A stretch of 64,000 nucleotides of DNA from Ignavibacteriota bacterium (GCA_003819715.1 RPQN01000016.1:2073-66072); one strand, 5' to 3'. Shown: positions 17,214-28,450, counted from the first letter of the stretch. Program-made: numbers and translations. Notes: generated by a model not told the origin, from the sequence alone.

Positions 17214-19439
17214 ATGAGAATGCTCAAAGATGACATCGAGAGGGAGTCGCATTATCATCGTTCTTCACCGGAGAGAAAAGTGAACAGGCTCGGACGGGAA
17301 AAAAGTCCATACCTGCTCCAGCACGCATTTAATCCGGTCGATTGGTATCCATGGGGGGAAGAAGCATTTGAGAAAGCAAGAAAGGAAGACAAACCGATCT
17401 TCCTCTCTATCGGATATTCCACGTGTTACTGGTGTCACGTGATGGAGCGGGAAGTATTTGAAAACCAGTCCATTGCCGACCTGATGAACCTGTTGGTCGT
17501 GAGCATCAAAGTCGATCGGGAGGAGCGTCCGGATATCGATCAGATCTACATGACCGCCCTTCAGGCGATGACGGGAAGCGGCGGCTGGCCCATGTCAATA
17601 TTTATGACCGCGGATCGGAAACCCTTTTTTGCCGGGACCTATTTCCCTCCAACGAATCATTCCGGCAATGCCGGATTTCAGGAAATTCTTCAGAACATCC
17701 ATCACGTGTGGACCAATGAGCGCACAAAAGTAATTGAAAGCAGCGAGCGCATCAGACAATTCATTGCGTCCTCCGCATCCCCGGCGATAAAAAGTAAGAG
17801 CGCGACAGAGCATGTCTTCCGGTTGGCCTTCGATGAATTTTCAAAGAGTTTTGATTCCACGTATGGCGGATTCGGCACCGCGCCGAAATTTCCGCGTACA
17901 TCCGCTCTCTCATTTCTGTTCCGGTATTATCACCGCTCGGGGAACATCCAGGCACGGGATATGGCGCTTACCACGCTGCACAAGATGGCCGACGGAGGAA
18001 TACACGATCATCTCGGCGGCGGCTTTCACCGGTACTCGACTGACGAGCGCTGGCACGTCCCTCATTTTGAAAAAATGCTTTACGATCAGGCCCTGCTTGT
18101 TACTTCCTATCTGGAAGCATTCCAGATCACGCACGACCGGAAGTATGCACACATCGCATCCAGAATTCTTGAATACGTTCAGCGGGTATTAACGCATCCG
18201 GAAGGCGGTTTTTTCTCGGCTGAAGATGCGGAAAGTGCAGTTTCCCCGTATTATCCGGAGCAGAAAAAGGAAGGTGCATTTTATCTCTGGAAGAAAAGCG
18301 AGATCGATCGGCTCCTGCCTGAAGAAGAAGCGAAAATTGCAGAGTTTATTTTCGGGGTTGAAGAGGGAGGAAATGTTGAGCAGGATCCCCGTCAGGAATT
18401 TATCGGAGAAAATATTTTCTTTTCCGCCCATGCCGCCGAAGAATATGCGGGACAATTCCGGGCGAAGAGTGAAGATGTTGCGGCAAGTCTTGAGAGGGCA
18501 ATCGAACGGTTATTTGACGAGCGCCAGCTGCGTCCCAAGCCCCATCTTGACGATAAAATTTTATTGTCGTGGACCGGATTGATGATTTCCGCTTTCGCAC
18601 AGGCCTCTCAGGTTCTGAACAATGAATCGTATCTCGAACATGCTGAACGGGCCGCCAGATTTTCAATGACGAAGCTCATCGATCCGGCAACCGGGACACT
18701 GTTACGGCGGTACCGGGATGGAGAAGCAAAGGTCGAAGCGAACCTCTCGGATTATGCCTTCTTCATACAGGGCTTGCTCGATCTCTATGAATCATCGTTT
18801 CAAATCGAGTGGCTCCAGAAAGCCGCTGCGCTGATGGAAGACCAGATTGCCTTGTTTTATGATCAGGACCACGCCGGATTCTTCGATACGCGCGGAACGG
18901 ACCCGACGATACTCGTTCGAATGAAAGAACCCTATGACAATGCGGAACCGAGCGGTAATTCCATTTCCATACTGAACTTGATGCGATTGTCTCAGATGAT
19001 CGGCAAATCTTACTATAACGAAATGGCATTAAAATCGCTTGCATTGTTCGGCGGGCAAATCGAACAAATTCCTCAAGCGCTTCCCCACATGCTCGTGGCG
19101 CTCGATTTCAGCCTTTCAAAACCGGTGCAGATTATCCTCGCCGGGAGCAGAAAACACCCGGTCATCCGCGAGATGGTGGACGAGATTCATTCCCGTTTTC
19201 TGCCGAAGAAGATCATGCTATTTGCGGATGCCGCAGAGGGACAGGCCTATTTAAGCCGCACCGTCCCGTTCATTCAAAATCTTACGCCTGCCGGAGGAAA
19301 ACAGACGGTATTCATCTGCGAGAATTACACATGTCAGCTTCCCGTTTCGAATCTCGAAACGATGATCGATACTCTGGAGAACTTACAACAGAAGAATAAG
19401 CCGAATGTTCATCCACTCAGAGATGATGGAGGGTTATAA
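17214..19439 (+). CDS. Thioredoxin-domain protein, DUF255/YyaL family (thioredoxin-like plus N-acyl-glucosamine-epimerase-like)
   Basis: The N-terminus reads [47 protein letters not shown], the DUF255 signature. It is 741 aa. Confidence 0.85.
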   Translation: MRMLKDDIERESHYHRSSPERKVNRLGREKSPYLLQHAFNPVDWYPWGEEAFEKARKEDKPIFLSIGYSTCYWCHVMEREVFENQSIADLMNLLVVSIKVDREERPDIDQIYMTALQAMTGSGGWPMSIFMTADRKPFFAGTYFPPTNHSGNAGFQEILQNIHHVWTNERTKVIESSERIRQFIASSASPAIKSKSATEHVFRLAFDEFSKSFDSTYGGFGTAPKFPRTSALSFLFRYYHRSGNIQARDMALTTLHKMADGGIHDHLGGGFHRYSTDERWHVPHFEKMLYDQALLVTSYLEAFQITHDRKYAHIASRILEYVQRVLTHPEGGFFSAEDAESAVSPYYPEQKKEGAFYLWKKSEIDRLLPEEEAKIAEFIFGVEEGGNVEQDPRQEFIGENIFFSAHAAEEYAGQFRAKSEDVAASLERAIERLFDERQLRPKPHLDDKILLSWTGLMISAFAQASQVLNNESYLEHAERAARFSMTKLIDPATGTLLRRYRDGEAKVEANLSDYAFFIQGLLDLYESSFQIEWLQKAAALMEDQIALFYDQDHAGFFDTRGTDPTILVRMKEPYDNAEPSGNSISILNLMRLSQMIGKSYYNEMALKSLALFGGQIEQIPQALPHMLVALDFSLSKPVQIILAGSRKHPVIREMVDEIHSRFLPKKIMLFADAAEGQAYLSRTVPFIQNLTPAGGKQTVFICENYTCQLPVSNLETMIDTLENLQQKNKPNVHPLRDDGGL

Positions 19440-19549
19440 TTTATCCCTAAAGCCAAGATGGGCGGGTTCGGCCTCTCTCCTTATTGAATACCATGGATTT
19501 TTCTGCTGCACATGATACTCTCAGGAATTGAGAAAAGGCTGGAGGAATT

Positions 19550-22018
19550 CTAATCTAAAATCATAGATGAAATACTCAAACGAATCAAATTGACGTGACG
19601 CGAGGTGTGAACCGCATCAATCCGGAACAGATCAAATAAGTTGGATACGCCGAAATACAATTCCCAGTATGGTTTCCACCTATTTTGCCGTTCAGCGTAG
19701 GGCGATGAATTCCATATATTCGCGATGCTGCCTCCGGTGATAATTTGAATTCCCAGTTCCTCCATTTGTTTCAGATGCAGTAATGCAAACGGAAGGGTCT
19801 GCCAGTTATGTTCTGCCTGCATCATTATATATTTGTCCCCGATGAGATCATACGGCTGGACCCCTTTCAAGACTCCGCTCGGTGCATAAAAAGACAACGC
19901 CGCAGCCGGGGTCAGGAGATGCTGAATGCCGTATTCACCCGAAACGGCTCCGCCCGCCGCCGAGACAAAGACATAGGGATTCATAATTAACGATGAATAA
20001 AACGTATTGAACCGGAGACTTCCCAAAAAGGAATATTTCTGATAGTGAAAATCGCTCCCCAATCCCGGTATTGAATATTCTGCGGCGGCCGTAAGGCGTG
20101 TCCGGTATTGCGAAATCAACGATGCGGTCGAACCCGGATCAAAACCACATTGCAGCCTGAGCGTGTTATTCATTCCTTCCTGAATCGCCGGATTCCCACG
20201 GCGGGTATTGTTGAAGATCGTGTGATATAAGGTCGCACTAACAGAGCGTTCCCGTTCGCTCGTAAAACTGATTGCAGCGTAGAGGCTGTCGGTAAAATAT
20301 TTCTGCACGCCCGCGCTCCATCCTGCCGACCGCATATAGTTGAAGTAATCCACGCCTGTTAAAGTAAACAATCCGGTATTGATCGATTTCGAAATCGCAA
20401 GTGAAGATTGCCATGGCTGAATTTTGTTCCAGCCGGAGATTTCAATTCTGTCCAGGTGGTCGTCACCGAGATAATAGCCGCCGCCGATTTTCCATTCGAT
20501 CGTTTTTAATCCGAAGGCATAAGAGAGTTCGGCATTGGAGAAATACTCCTTATCCATTTCATCGAATTCGAACCATGCACCGGGGGCAACCCCTTCGACA
20601 CGATTATGATGCAGCATTCCATGATTCCAGACGGTTTTCAACAACTTCTGGAAAAAGCTTCTGGTCGTATCCGACGAGGAGGAAGTGAATACCGATATCG
20701 GTCCTTTCGGTTTAATCACCTTATCAAGCGTTTGAGAGCTGTCCAATTCTGCAAAAGCAACCTTCTCGATACTGGTGAGCGGCAGCGGACGCAAAGAATC
20801 CATCGTCGCGGAAGTCAGTTCAGGCGGTTTATTGGCGGGCTCGAACCGTCGAGATTCCGGATCCGGGGCGCGTTTTGTCTTTCGGTACCGGGTTAATTTC
20901 GTTACGGCTTTTGAAGTATCAGTGGTGTAGCCGCCGAATTTTGATCGTCTCGCCATTTTTACGGAATCCGGAATGGCCCCGTTGACCTTGCATGAATTCG
21001 CCGAAAAGACCTCTGAGATCTTCATCTGGTCCAGATGGATCAACCCGCCCAGGGCGCTAATTTCACCTTCCATCTCAAATTCGGAATATTGGGGGATCCA
21101 AAAACCATTATAATTGCTGTACGCCTGCTGGATTTTCATGGAGAAGTTTTTCACCAACGGGAAAATCCATCCCTCATTGGATTCAATATCGGCGCCAATG
21201 ATTGCATACGTCGCATCGTCGAGAATAATTTTCCCTTTGATCAGGGGGACGATCGTTAACCGGGGGATGATCTGGATGGTATGAGATATTTCTTTTCCGG
21301 TATTTTTTGTGTTTAACAATTTGAAATCATAATATTGCATGGCATTATCTGCCAGGGGAAAGATAATATTGCTGCCGTTGTTGCCGATACGAACGGTCGC
21401 ATTATCCTGGATAAAAAATAATGATGCGCAAATATTCATATTCACCGGTACAGACCTGTTCTTTATATTTTCCGTTTTGTGAGTCGAGAGAATAAAATCC
21501 TTGCTGATACTCCCCCCCTCATAAATCTGTCTCACCAGCTGCTCATCGATCATGGCGATTCGACCGGCGGAATACAGAATATTCCGCTTGTATCCCGTGA
21601 TCTCATAATTCTTCAATCCTGCATAATTGCTCTTTCTTCGTTTAATCGCTTCCCGCATCATGGCTAATGCGGGGTCTTCTTCATGGGCGATGATAAAATA
21701 ATCCGGCATTTGAATGAACGCCGGACGTAATCCGACCCGTATCAGAGAGTCTCCCGTCGTTGGACGAAGGATACTGGAGCTTTGATAACCGACGTAGGAT
21801 ACCAGCAACGAATCATGTCCGGAAGGAATATCGAAAACGAACTGTCCTTCTTTATTGGTGGTACTCACAAAATCGCTGTGTAATACACGGATGGACGCAA
21901 AGGGCAGCGCTTGATGTGTTGAATCATCAAACACATACCCGCGAATCTTATGCGTTTGAGAAAACATGAGAACAGGGAGCAGCAGCACTAAATAGTTTAA
22001 TTTTAAGATGAAATGCAT
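19550..22018 (-). CDS. Carboxypeptidase-regulatory-like domain plus DUF5686 outer-membrane protein
   Basis: The N-terminus has a signal peptide and the CarbopepD_reg-like segment IRGYVFDDSTHQALPFASIRV. It is 822 aa, typical of DUF5686 proteins. Confidence 0.7.
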   Translation of the reverse strand: MHFILKLNYLVLLLPVLMFSQTHKIRGYVFDDSTHQALPFASIRVLHSDFVSTTNKEGQFVFDIPSGHDSLLVSYVGYQSSSILRPTTGDSLIRVGLRPAFIQMPDYFIIAHEEDPALAMMREAIKRRKSNYAGLKNYEITGYKRNILYSAGRIAMIDEQLVRQIYEGGSISKDFILSTHKTENIKNRSVPVNMNICASLFFIQDNATVRIGNNGSNIIFPLADNAMQYYDFKLLNTKNTGKEISHTIQIIPRLTIVPLIKGKIILDDATYAIIGADIESNEGWIFPLVKNFSMKIQQAYSNYNGFWIPQYSEFEMEGEISALGGLIHLDQMKISEVFSANSCKVNGAIPDSVKMARRSKFGGYTTDTSKAVTKLTRYRKTKRAPDPESRRFEPANKPPELTSATMDSLRPLPLTSIEKVAFAELDSSQTLDKVIKPKGPISVFTSSSSDTTRSFFQKLLKTVWNHGMLHHNRVEGVAPGAWFEFDEMDKEYFSNAELSYAFGLKTIEWKIGGGYYLGDDHLDRIEISGWNKIQPWQSSLAISKSINTGLFTLTGVDYFNYMRSAGWSAGVQKYFTDSLYAAISFTSERERSVSATLYHTIFNNTRRGNPAIQEGMNNTLRLQCGFDPGSTASLISQYRTRLTAAAEYSIPGLGSDFHYQKYSFLGSLRFNTFYSSLIMNPYVFVSAAGGAVSGEYGIQHLLTPAAALSFYAPSGVLKGVQPYDLIGDKYIMMQAEHNWQTLPFALLHLKQMEELGIQIITGGSIANIWNSSPYAERQNRWKPYWELYFGVSNLFDLFRIDAVHTSRHVNLIRLSISSMILD

Positions 22019-22099
22019 CGATCTGTTCCGGGGAGAATTATGAACGTCCCATATGAATTAAAGAATATTTATCAGAATATCAAAACCGGCGACCCATGG

Positions 22100-22939
22100 T
22101 TAAATTTCAATTTCCATTCCTTGATGAACGGCAAAACAATCGAACATCGACCGTTGTTCATGGAGGATGCTCTGACAGTTCTGTACGATCTCGTCAACGG
22201 CCGCATCGTCACGCTCATGATTATGATGAAACATACCAAAGCGTTTTACGCCGGCATCAGACGCAAGCTGCAGTGCATCCCGATAGAGCGAATGACCCCA
22301 CCCTTTCGTCCGAACATATTCCTGATCCGTAAACTCCGCGTCGTGGATGAGCAGGTCGGCATCCCTGGAGAAGTCAGCATACGCCTTATATTCCAGCCCG
22401 CCGGGATGTTGAAACGAAAGCTCATTATCGGTGATAAACACGAAACTCTTTCCCTGTTCAATAAACTTATATCCAATCCCTTGATTGGGATGGCTGAGAA
22501 ATATCGGGGAAATTTGCACCGATCCGATATTGAATGCCCCCGAGCATGTGCCGTGATAGGAAAGAACCGCCTTCAGATCGGAGAGTTTGACTGGAAAGTG
22601 CGGCGGCGACATCGACTCCTTGAGAAATTCCTGAATGGAGGCCTGGGCAAACGGGCAGCCAAACATGTCGATCTGCGTTTCACGAAAATAAATCGGTTTG
22701 AAAAACGGAAATCCCATGAGGTGATCCCAATGGGCATGAGTAAAAATGAGATGGTAATGACGCTTCTGTTCGGCGAACAGCTTATTTCCTAATCGCCGAA
22801 TTCCGGATCCGGCATCGATAATAATAATTTCGTCGTCTTGTGTCCTGATCTCGACGCATGTCGTATCGCCGCCGTATTTGATATATTCCATCCCCGAAAC
22901 CGGAATAGAACCACGCGCACCCCATATACGAATATTCAT
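22100..22939 (-). CDS. MBL-fold metallo-hydrolase
   Basis: The ATG at 22939 has a GGAGG RBS and gives MNIRIWGARGS. The HxHxDH motif is FTHAHWDH. Confidence 0.75.
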   Translation of the reverse strand: MNIRIWGARGSIPVSGMEYIKYGGDTTCVEIRTQDDEIIIIDAGSGIRRLGNKLFAEQKRHYHLIFTHAHWDHLMGFPFFKPIYFRETQIDMFGCPFAQASIQEFLKESMSPPHFPVKLSDLKAVLSYHGTCSGAFNIGSVQISPIFLSHPNQGIGYKFIEQGKSFVFITDNELSFQHPGGLEYKAYADFSRDADLLIHDAEFTDQEYVRTKGWGHSLYRDALQLASDAGVKRFGMFHHNHERDDAAVDEIVQNCQSILHEQRSMFDCFAVHQGMEIEI

Positions 22940-23052
22940 GCAACATTCCTCCTCCGTTGAATTCTTTGACTCTGCGCGTTTCTGCCAGGTATTTATCTTT
23001 CCTGTCCCGTGTTCTCCCCCATGCTCTCCCGCAAGAGAGTGTCCCTTATTCA

Positions 23053-23997
23053 CTACTCCCTGTTATCCGGTTCAAAAAATATCCACCGAATCGCGGGATT
23101 TTCCTTCTTCAGATCCGATTCGCAATGGTTGATATTTTCAATCAACTGTTCGGGAGATTCGACCGGCTTCATCTTTGCTTTTACTGCGACCATCATGTGA
23201 GGACCTAATTGCAGCGTAATCAGATTGAAGATCGATTCAATTTCAGGCCGGGCTTCAAGAAATTCCTTTATCTCGGTGCGGACAGTATCGTCGGCACTTT
23301 GCCCTATCAATAAACTCTTTATTTTAACCGCAAGGAAAATCGATACGATAATCAGCAATACGCCGATCCCCATACTGCCCATCGCATCATAGACGGGATT
23401 TTCTGTGACGATGGAAAGGACAATCGCTCCCAGAGCAAACGTCAGACCCAGTAATGCGGCAAGGTCTTCACCAAGCACGACGATCAATTCGCTCTGACGG
23501 CTGTTCTTGATCCACGTCCACAGTGTCGCCTGATGCTTGATGGTATTGATTTGGACCAAACAACCGTAGAGTGAAAATGCCTCGAGAATGAAACTCAAGA
23601 GTAACACGACAAGGGCAATGAATGGATTTTTTACCCCTTCGAGAGAATTCAACTTATGGAATCCTTCATACACGGAAAACAACCCTCCCATGCTGAACAA
23701 CATCAGTGCAACGATGAAGGACCAAAAATAGATTTCTTTTCCATAGCCGAGCGGGTGCTCGACATCCGGATTTCTTTTTGCGGACCGTAAACCCAGGAAC
23801 AACAGTCCCTGATTTCCGCAGTCGGCAAAGGAATGTATTGATTCGGCCAGCATCGCACCGGAACCGGTGAGCACCGCGGCAGTCGTTTTGGCAACGGCAA
23901 TCCCGAGGTTTGCCAGCAGCGCAAACGTTATCGATTTGACTGATGCATCCTGATGTGGCATTTTTTTAAATTGTTCGCAATATCCATGAGGAGTCAA
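23053..23997 (-). CDS. Cation diffusion facilitator family transporter
   Basis: It has six TM segments, a C-terminal cytoplasmic domain and CDF TM2 motifs (SIHSFADCGN). It is about 300 aa. Confidence 0.85.
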   Translation of the reverse strand: MTPHGYCEQFKKMPHQDASVKSITFALLANLGIAVAKTTAAVLTGSGAMLAESIHSFADCGNQGLLFLGLRSAKRNPDVEHPLGYGKEIYFWSFIVALMLFSMGGLFSVYEGFHKLNSLEGVKNPFIALVVLLLSFILEAFSLYGCLVQINTIKHQATLWTWIKNSRQSELIVVLGEDLAALLGLTFALGAIVLSIVTENPVYDAMGSMGIGVLLIIVSIFLAVKIKSLLIGQSADDTVRTEIKEFLEARPEIESIFNLITLQLGPHMMVAVKAKMKPVESPEQLIENINHCESDLKKENPAIRWIFFEPDNRE

Positions 23998-24066
23998 ACG
24001 TGATGCGCTTCCTTCTCCACCTTTGAACCAGCTTTGAAGGACGATGAGACCGGCGTGCCGGTTCTC

Positions 24067-24252
24067 TTATTCTTCTGCAAACTTCTTTATGGCATCAATA
24101 TATTTTACGATTGCCTTGGCTTTGTTTTTCCCAAACGACATCCAGTGCCACGTGGTTTCCGGGTTTGGATTGTCGACGGTGGGGATGCGGATAATGGGCT
24201 TTCCCTGATATTCTCCGAATGTCGGCTGTATTTCTTTTTTTTCTTCTTCCAT
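24067..24252 (-). CDS. Hypothetical small protein (61 aa)
   Basis: It is a clean ORF of 61 aa (MEEEKKEIQPTFGEYQGKPIIRIPTVDNPNPETTWHWMSF...) with no overlapping competitor. Confidence 0.4.
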   Translation of the reverse strand: MEEEKKEIQPTFGEYQGKPIIRIPTVDNPNPETTWHWMSFGKNKAKAIVKYIDAIKKFAEE

Positions 24253-24317
24253 ACGTTTCCTCTTTCGTTCTCCTTCAATGTTCCATACTCAACGCGGCAT
24301 ACTCTTCACCATCCGCA

Positions 24318-24944
24318 TCATTTTAATTTCACGCCGGGATTGTTTTCATACGCAGAACCGAGCCGGCAGAGTTCTTCCAGAACTGCCGTAAAAAGATCAA
24401 AAAGGTCTTTCAGCCGCTGCTTCTCTTTAATAACGCCGGTGGTTTGGAAATACAGTTCATCCACGCCATCGGGAAATTTCGTGCCGAAAATCCCTTCATC
24501 GTCTTTTATTTCGAAATGGATATTCGGCTGTTTCTGAATAAGCTGCCGGATATTCAAATTCGCAAACATTCTCATCACCATATCTTCAGGCGTGCCTTGA
24601 ATAATAAATTCTTCATCAAAATAGGGATCACCGATTTCAATATCCTGCATGCCGAAAAATTTCCCCACCGGGCTGAAGATACTTTTCCGGTACACCCGGA
24701 AACGGAATCCATCCGAATTGACATAGGGTGCACGAATTCTCGTAAAGGTGATGGTTGCACTCCCGCTATGGACGGTATAGGTATCCAGCAGTATCTCCCA
24801 TTGCCGGTGGGTCAGGACTACTTTTCCTGATTTGAAAAATCCCTCTTCCTGGTATCGGGCGCCAATCTCCGCGCCGAGCTGCGACCAAATTTCTTCCTTG
24901 CTGGGACCGAATAATTCTCGCAATGATTTCATCTCTTCTCTCAT
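24318..24944 (-). CDS. Hypothetical protein (208 aa)
   Basis: It is a long ORF with coding-like composition. I recognise no motif. Confidence 0.55.
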   Translation of the reverse strand: MREEMKSLRELFGPSKEEIWSQLGAEIGARYQEEGFFKSGKVVLTHRQWEILLDTYTVHSGSATITFTRIRAPYVNSDGFRFRVYRKSIFSPVGKFFGMQDIEIGDPYFDEEFIIQGTPEDMVMRMFANLNIRQLIQKQPNIHFEIKDDEGIFGTKFPDGVDELYFQTTGVIKEKQRLKDLFDLFTAVLEELCRLGSAYENNPGVKLK

Positions 24945-24984
24945 CGATCTGAATGTTCAATCTGCCGGCCATCTCAACGTTCTA

Positions 24985-25125
24985 CCGCCACTACAAAAAA
25001 GTAATCTTGTGGTAATTTATAAAGTCATATACAAAAAGGCAGTAGTGCTACTGCCACACCTAAAAAGTATTCTTGTGTTTTCTTACAATTGTTTATCAAA
25101 TAAGGCAGTAGTGCTCGATTCCATT
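24985..25125. repeat. Two tandem repeat units of about 60 bp, each with a GGCAGTAG..CTACTGCC palindrome
   Basis: The two units read caaaaa(a)gta(a/t)tcttgtg...aaggcagtagtgct. On the minus strand the first palindrome is followed by TTTTTG, so it is terminator-like. Confidence 0.5.
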
Positions 25126-25172
25126 TGTAGTCAAGTACTTGAATAACACAAGGTTATGTAATGGAAACGGCA

Positions 25173-25394
25173 CTACATTTTGAGAAACTCCAGCAGCTTG
25201 TAGATCAACACTGCAGGCCAGAACAGAGCTTTAATAACACCCAGCACTCCTTCCCAGAATGTGGCCGCATGCTGAATGAAATAAACCGCGGCGCCGATGA
25301 ATGCCATGCCATAGACCCCGGCTCCCATACCGTTCTCTTTTATTTTAGACGGACCTTCTGCCTCCCGGGTTATCGTATTTTTCTCAGACGTCAT
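25173..25394 (-). CDS. Small hydrophobic membrane protein (hypothetical)
   Basis: It has two predicted TM helices (GVYGMAFIGAAVYFIQHAATFW..). The start is uncertain. Confidence 0.4.
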   Translation of the reverse strand: MTSEKNTITREAEGPSKIKENGMGAGVYGMAFIGAAVYFIQHAATFWEGVLGVIKALFWPAVLIYKLLEFLKM

Positions 25395-25602
25395 TTTCGT
25401 ACCTCAATGTATTTGATCGGTTTAGGCGATTGATCGATCATCCCTGAGTCGTCATGAATTCTCTTCATCCTTGACAGCGGGATGAACTATCAGGATTGAT
25501 CTTCCAGAGAAAATGTAGCCAAACCTGTGGTGGATTGCAAGAGAGTGAAATGGATGAAATTCGCCCGTGAAGGTTTGAATCGGTCATGCCGGGGGATCTC
25601 GC

Positions 25603-25887
25603 CTACCCGTAAATACATTTATAAACGAGTATCGATAATGCAAGGACCGAAGTAATACTGTTCATAATCGCAATGGATGGAGCGTGTATCTTCATTCCGT
25701 AAAACGCCCAACCAAGAACTCCAAGATTAAAGAGCACGTACATGGGAAGAGAGATGGAGGTCGCCGGTATGGGCCTCATACTCCAAACCGTATAGACCTG
25801 CGGAATAAACGCAGACGTGGTGCATATTCCGGATACCATCCCCATGAGTTCAATCCGCTTCATGGTCACACCTTTCATTTGCATCAT
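25603..25887 (-). CDS. SemiSWEET/PQ-loop family sugar transporter
   Basis: It is about 90 aa with three TM segments, and a PQ motif (IPQVYTVW) lies in TM1. Confidence 0.65.
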   Translation of the reverse strand: MMQMKGVTMKRIELMGMVSGICTTSAFIPQVYTVWSMRPIPATSISLPMYVLFNLGVLGWAFYGMKIHAPSIAIMNSITSVLALSILVYKCIYG

Positions 25888-25974
25888 AAGAGAACTATCC
25901 CTTCATTCTTACATCGTTCTTGCACCGATCGTGAGCACATCGCCTCCACCGCGGCATGCCGTGGAATGCCGCTC

Positions 25975-26307
25975 CTAGATCTCATTATACTTCTTGGCCA
26001 ACCCTTTTGATTTTTTAACAGGATATCTTTTTTTATTCTTTTCCATCTTGGATCTGATGATGTTCCTGACATCGAGCTTCGTTTCGTGCGCAAGGAGAAG
26101 TGCGTAGGTCAGCACATCGGCTAACTCATCGGCGAGCCGCTGAGCGTCGTATTCATCATGGGTCTTCCAGAGGAAGAGTTCGTTTAATTCGGAAGCCTCG
26201 ATAGAGAGGGCGAGCGCAAGGTCTTTTGCATTATGAAACTGCTTCCAATCCCTTCTATCCCGAAACTTCACAATCTCTTCGGTGAGCGTGCTGATGTCTG
26301 ATTTCAT
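25975..26307 (-). CDS. MazG-like nucleotide pyrophosphohydrolase
   Basis: It has an EExxE-type metal-binding helix pair (EASELNELF...ADELADV) and is 110 aa. Confidence 0.7.
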   Translation of the reverse strand: MKSDISTLTEEIVKFRDRRDWKQFHNAKDLALALSIEASELNELFLWKTHDEYDAQRLADELADVLTYALLLAHETKLDVRNIIRSKMEKNKKRYPVKKSKGLAKKYNEI

Positions 26308-26688
26308 GGGAGAGCACCTGGTTTTCTTGGCAGCGGTATTGAGGAATTTTGTCCTCAGACACAGAATAATTCAACGACATGACAATGATTTTCTCCTTTA
26401 AATGTAGATAAACCTCGCGACGTATTCCAGTCAACCCGTTATTTTTTATATATTACGGAATCCGTAGCATCAAGGTATCGAGAGGTTCGACACAGAGGAA
26501 GTCTCTCCGGAATTTATATTCTGAAGTCCAGGCGGCAGCTTCAGGCATCAATTCCGGGTTGCACGAAAACGGTTTTGAGAATTGTGTTGTTGGCCGGCAT
26601 GCTCTACGGACACAGGTCACTCGTTCCCGTATAACCTCAGCCGTATAAGAGAGTGAACGAAACCAGCACATCCTGATCTGCGAACTTA

Positions 26689-27192
26689 TTAAAAACTTCC
26701 CTCATCCGCGGAAGGCCCATAAATCGAGGGAACAGGGATATTGTTGAGACGCATATAGACGGTCAATTGACCCCGGTGATGCACGAGATGATTGATTGAA
26801 GATGAGATACTTTCCTTCTTCGGGCTGCTCATCAGGACCTTGCCGTTATTTTTCAGCGAAAAGGGTTCCGAAAGCGCTTCATCAGAAACATGCTCCAATG
26901 CCGCTTTTACTCCCTTGAGATTATCATCGAAGAGCTTCACCAGATCGGATGTGGTCTTCGGTTGAATCTGGGGGTAGGTTGCAAAATCAATTTCCGGCGT
27001 TTCAACGATATATTTGATCCAGCGCGGGAAATCGGCAACCATTTGGCTCAAGGAATACATCGACATTGATCTCTCGTGTGGCTTCCAGTCGAATAATTTT
27101 TCCGGAATCCGTTCCAGGCATCGGCGGGATGCCGTCGCTTCCGCCTCTAGTTCCTTCAGGAATTCCCGGTGTAATGTCAATCCATTCGTCAT
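26689..27192 (-). CDS. DinB/DUF664-family four-helix-bundle protein
   Basis: It is 167 aa from MTNGLTLHREF and contains HHRGQ (HxxxE-like) in the C-terminal helix. Confidence 0.65.
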   Translation of the reverse strand: MTNGLTLHREFLKELEAEATASRRCLERIPEKLFDWKPHERSMSMYSLSQMVADFPRWIKYIVETPEIDFATYPQIQPKTTSDLVKLFDDNLKGVKAALEHVSDEALSEPFSLKNNGKVLMSSPKKESISSSINHLVHHRGQLTVYMRLNNIPVPSIYGPSADEGSF

Positions 27193-27449
27193 AGCTGCTT
27201 CCTCCTTGGTATCATATGGTAAAATCAATTATCCCTTATAACAGAATATTTCCTGTATTAGTTCTAAACCCGGCGAGAGCTGAATACGGAAAATAATTTC
27301 GGTGTAAAAAAAGAGGATGAGATATCCCCCATATTATCGAAGCAGAACGAGTGATCGCAAGAGATACGTTGCCCCATTGAAAATAAATTGTAAATTGAAT
27401 GAATATCATTCCTTGAGCCTGGGATCTCCTTAGAACGATCGGAGGGAAT

Positions 27450-28382
27450 ATGCCGAAAGATGACAGACAGAAGAAGATTATCCCTTTCACGCTGGTGTTG
27501 GGCGGCGGCGGGGCAAGAGGCCTGGCGCATATCGGAGTTCTCAAAGCACTCGAGAAAAACGGTTTTTTTCCCTCATTAATCGTGGGGACCAGTATGGGCG
27601 CACTGGTAGGAGCGATGTATGCACAAACGGGAAGTGCCGGTCTGGTCGAAGAAAAAATGAGAACGTATCTCCAGGGAGACGACTTCAATCGGATCGGCCT
27701 TGAACAGTTTTCAGACAGCGATAATGAAAATCAACGCTCGATATGGGACAGGTTTTCTACCCATCTCAGGCAGAGATATTTGTTATCACGATCGGCGCTC
27801 GGAACCGGAATGTTCGCGCAGGAGTCGCTCCTTCACGGTGTGACCATGCTTCTCGGGGAAAGTGACATCCGTGACTTGCCCCTGCGTTTTGCCGCAGTGA
27901 CCAGCGATCTCTTGACGGGCGAAGAAGTCGTCTTCACATCCGGCTCCCTCGTGACCGGAGTGGCCGCAAGCTGCGCGGTACTGGGTATCGTCGCTCCGGT
28001 GAAAGTAGGCTCACGCCACCTCGTTGATGGAACAGTGACCAGCACCATTCCCGTTCCTGCTGCCCGGTTGTTGTCGCCTGACCCCGTCCTTGCAGTGGAC
28101 GTCCGCCAGTCCATGAAGAGAAATGAACGGTATGACCATGGGTACGAAGTCGTTATCCGCGCAAGTGATATCACACGCTCGCTCCTGAATGATGTCCATT
28201 TGAAACATGCAGATATCATCTTGAAGCCGGATGTGGCGGAATTAAACTGGAACCAATTTAGCAGGATCACTCAGTGTATCCGCAGCGGCGAACAGGTGGT
28301 CGAGGAAAATCTTTCTCATCTCGTCAAATTCCTCGTGAGACATCCATTCCGCCTCTTCTCCTGGAAAGGAGTGTCTTCATAA
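27450..28382 (+). CDS. Patatin-like phospholipase
   Basis: It has GGGGARG (oxyanion), the nucleophile GTSMG and the DGT catalytic Asp. It is the only substantial plus-strand gene in this region. Confidence 0.85.
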   Translation: MPKDDRQKKIIPFTLVLGGGGARGLAHIGVLKALEKNGFFPSLIVGTSMGALVGAMYAQTGSAGLVEEKMRTYLQGDDFNRIGLEQFSDSDNENQRSIWDRFSTHLRQRYLLSRSALGTGMFAQESLLHGVTMLLGESDIRDLPLRFAAVTSDLLTGEEVVFTSGSLVTGVAASCAVLGIVAPVKVGSRHLVDGTVTSTIPVPAARLLSPDPVLAVDVRQSMKRNERYDHGYEVVIRASDITRSLLNDVHLKHADIILKPDVAELNWNQFSRITQCIRSGEQVVEENLSHLVKFLVRHPFRLFSWKGVSS

Positions 28383-28450
28383 ATCACAGAATGGAAACTC
28401 TCTTCAGGCATGATTCTCCCTGGGGAGGGATGGTCCCTTGAACGTCTCCC

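Noticed and set aside
22100-23053. A long N-terminal extension (MNKGHSLAGEHGGEHG...) on the MBL-fold hydrolase gene.
   Set aside because: An internal ATG at 22939 with a GGAGG RBS gives a canonical MBL-fold start. The extension has low-complexity composition.
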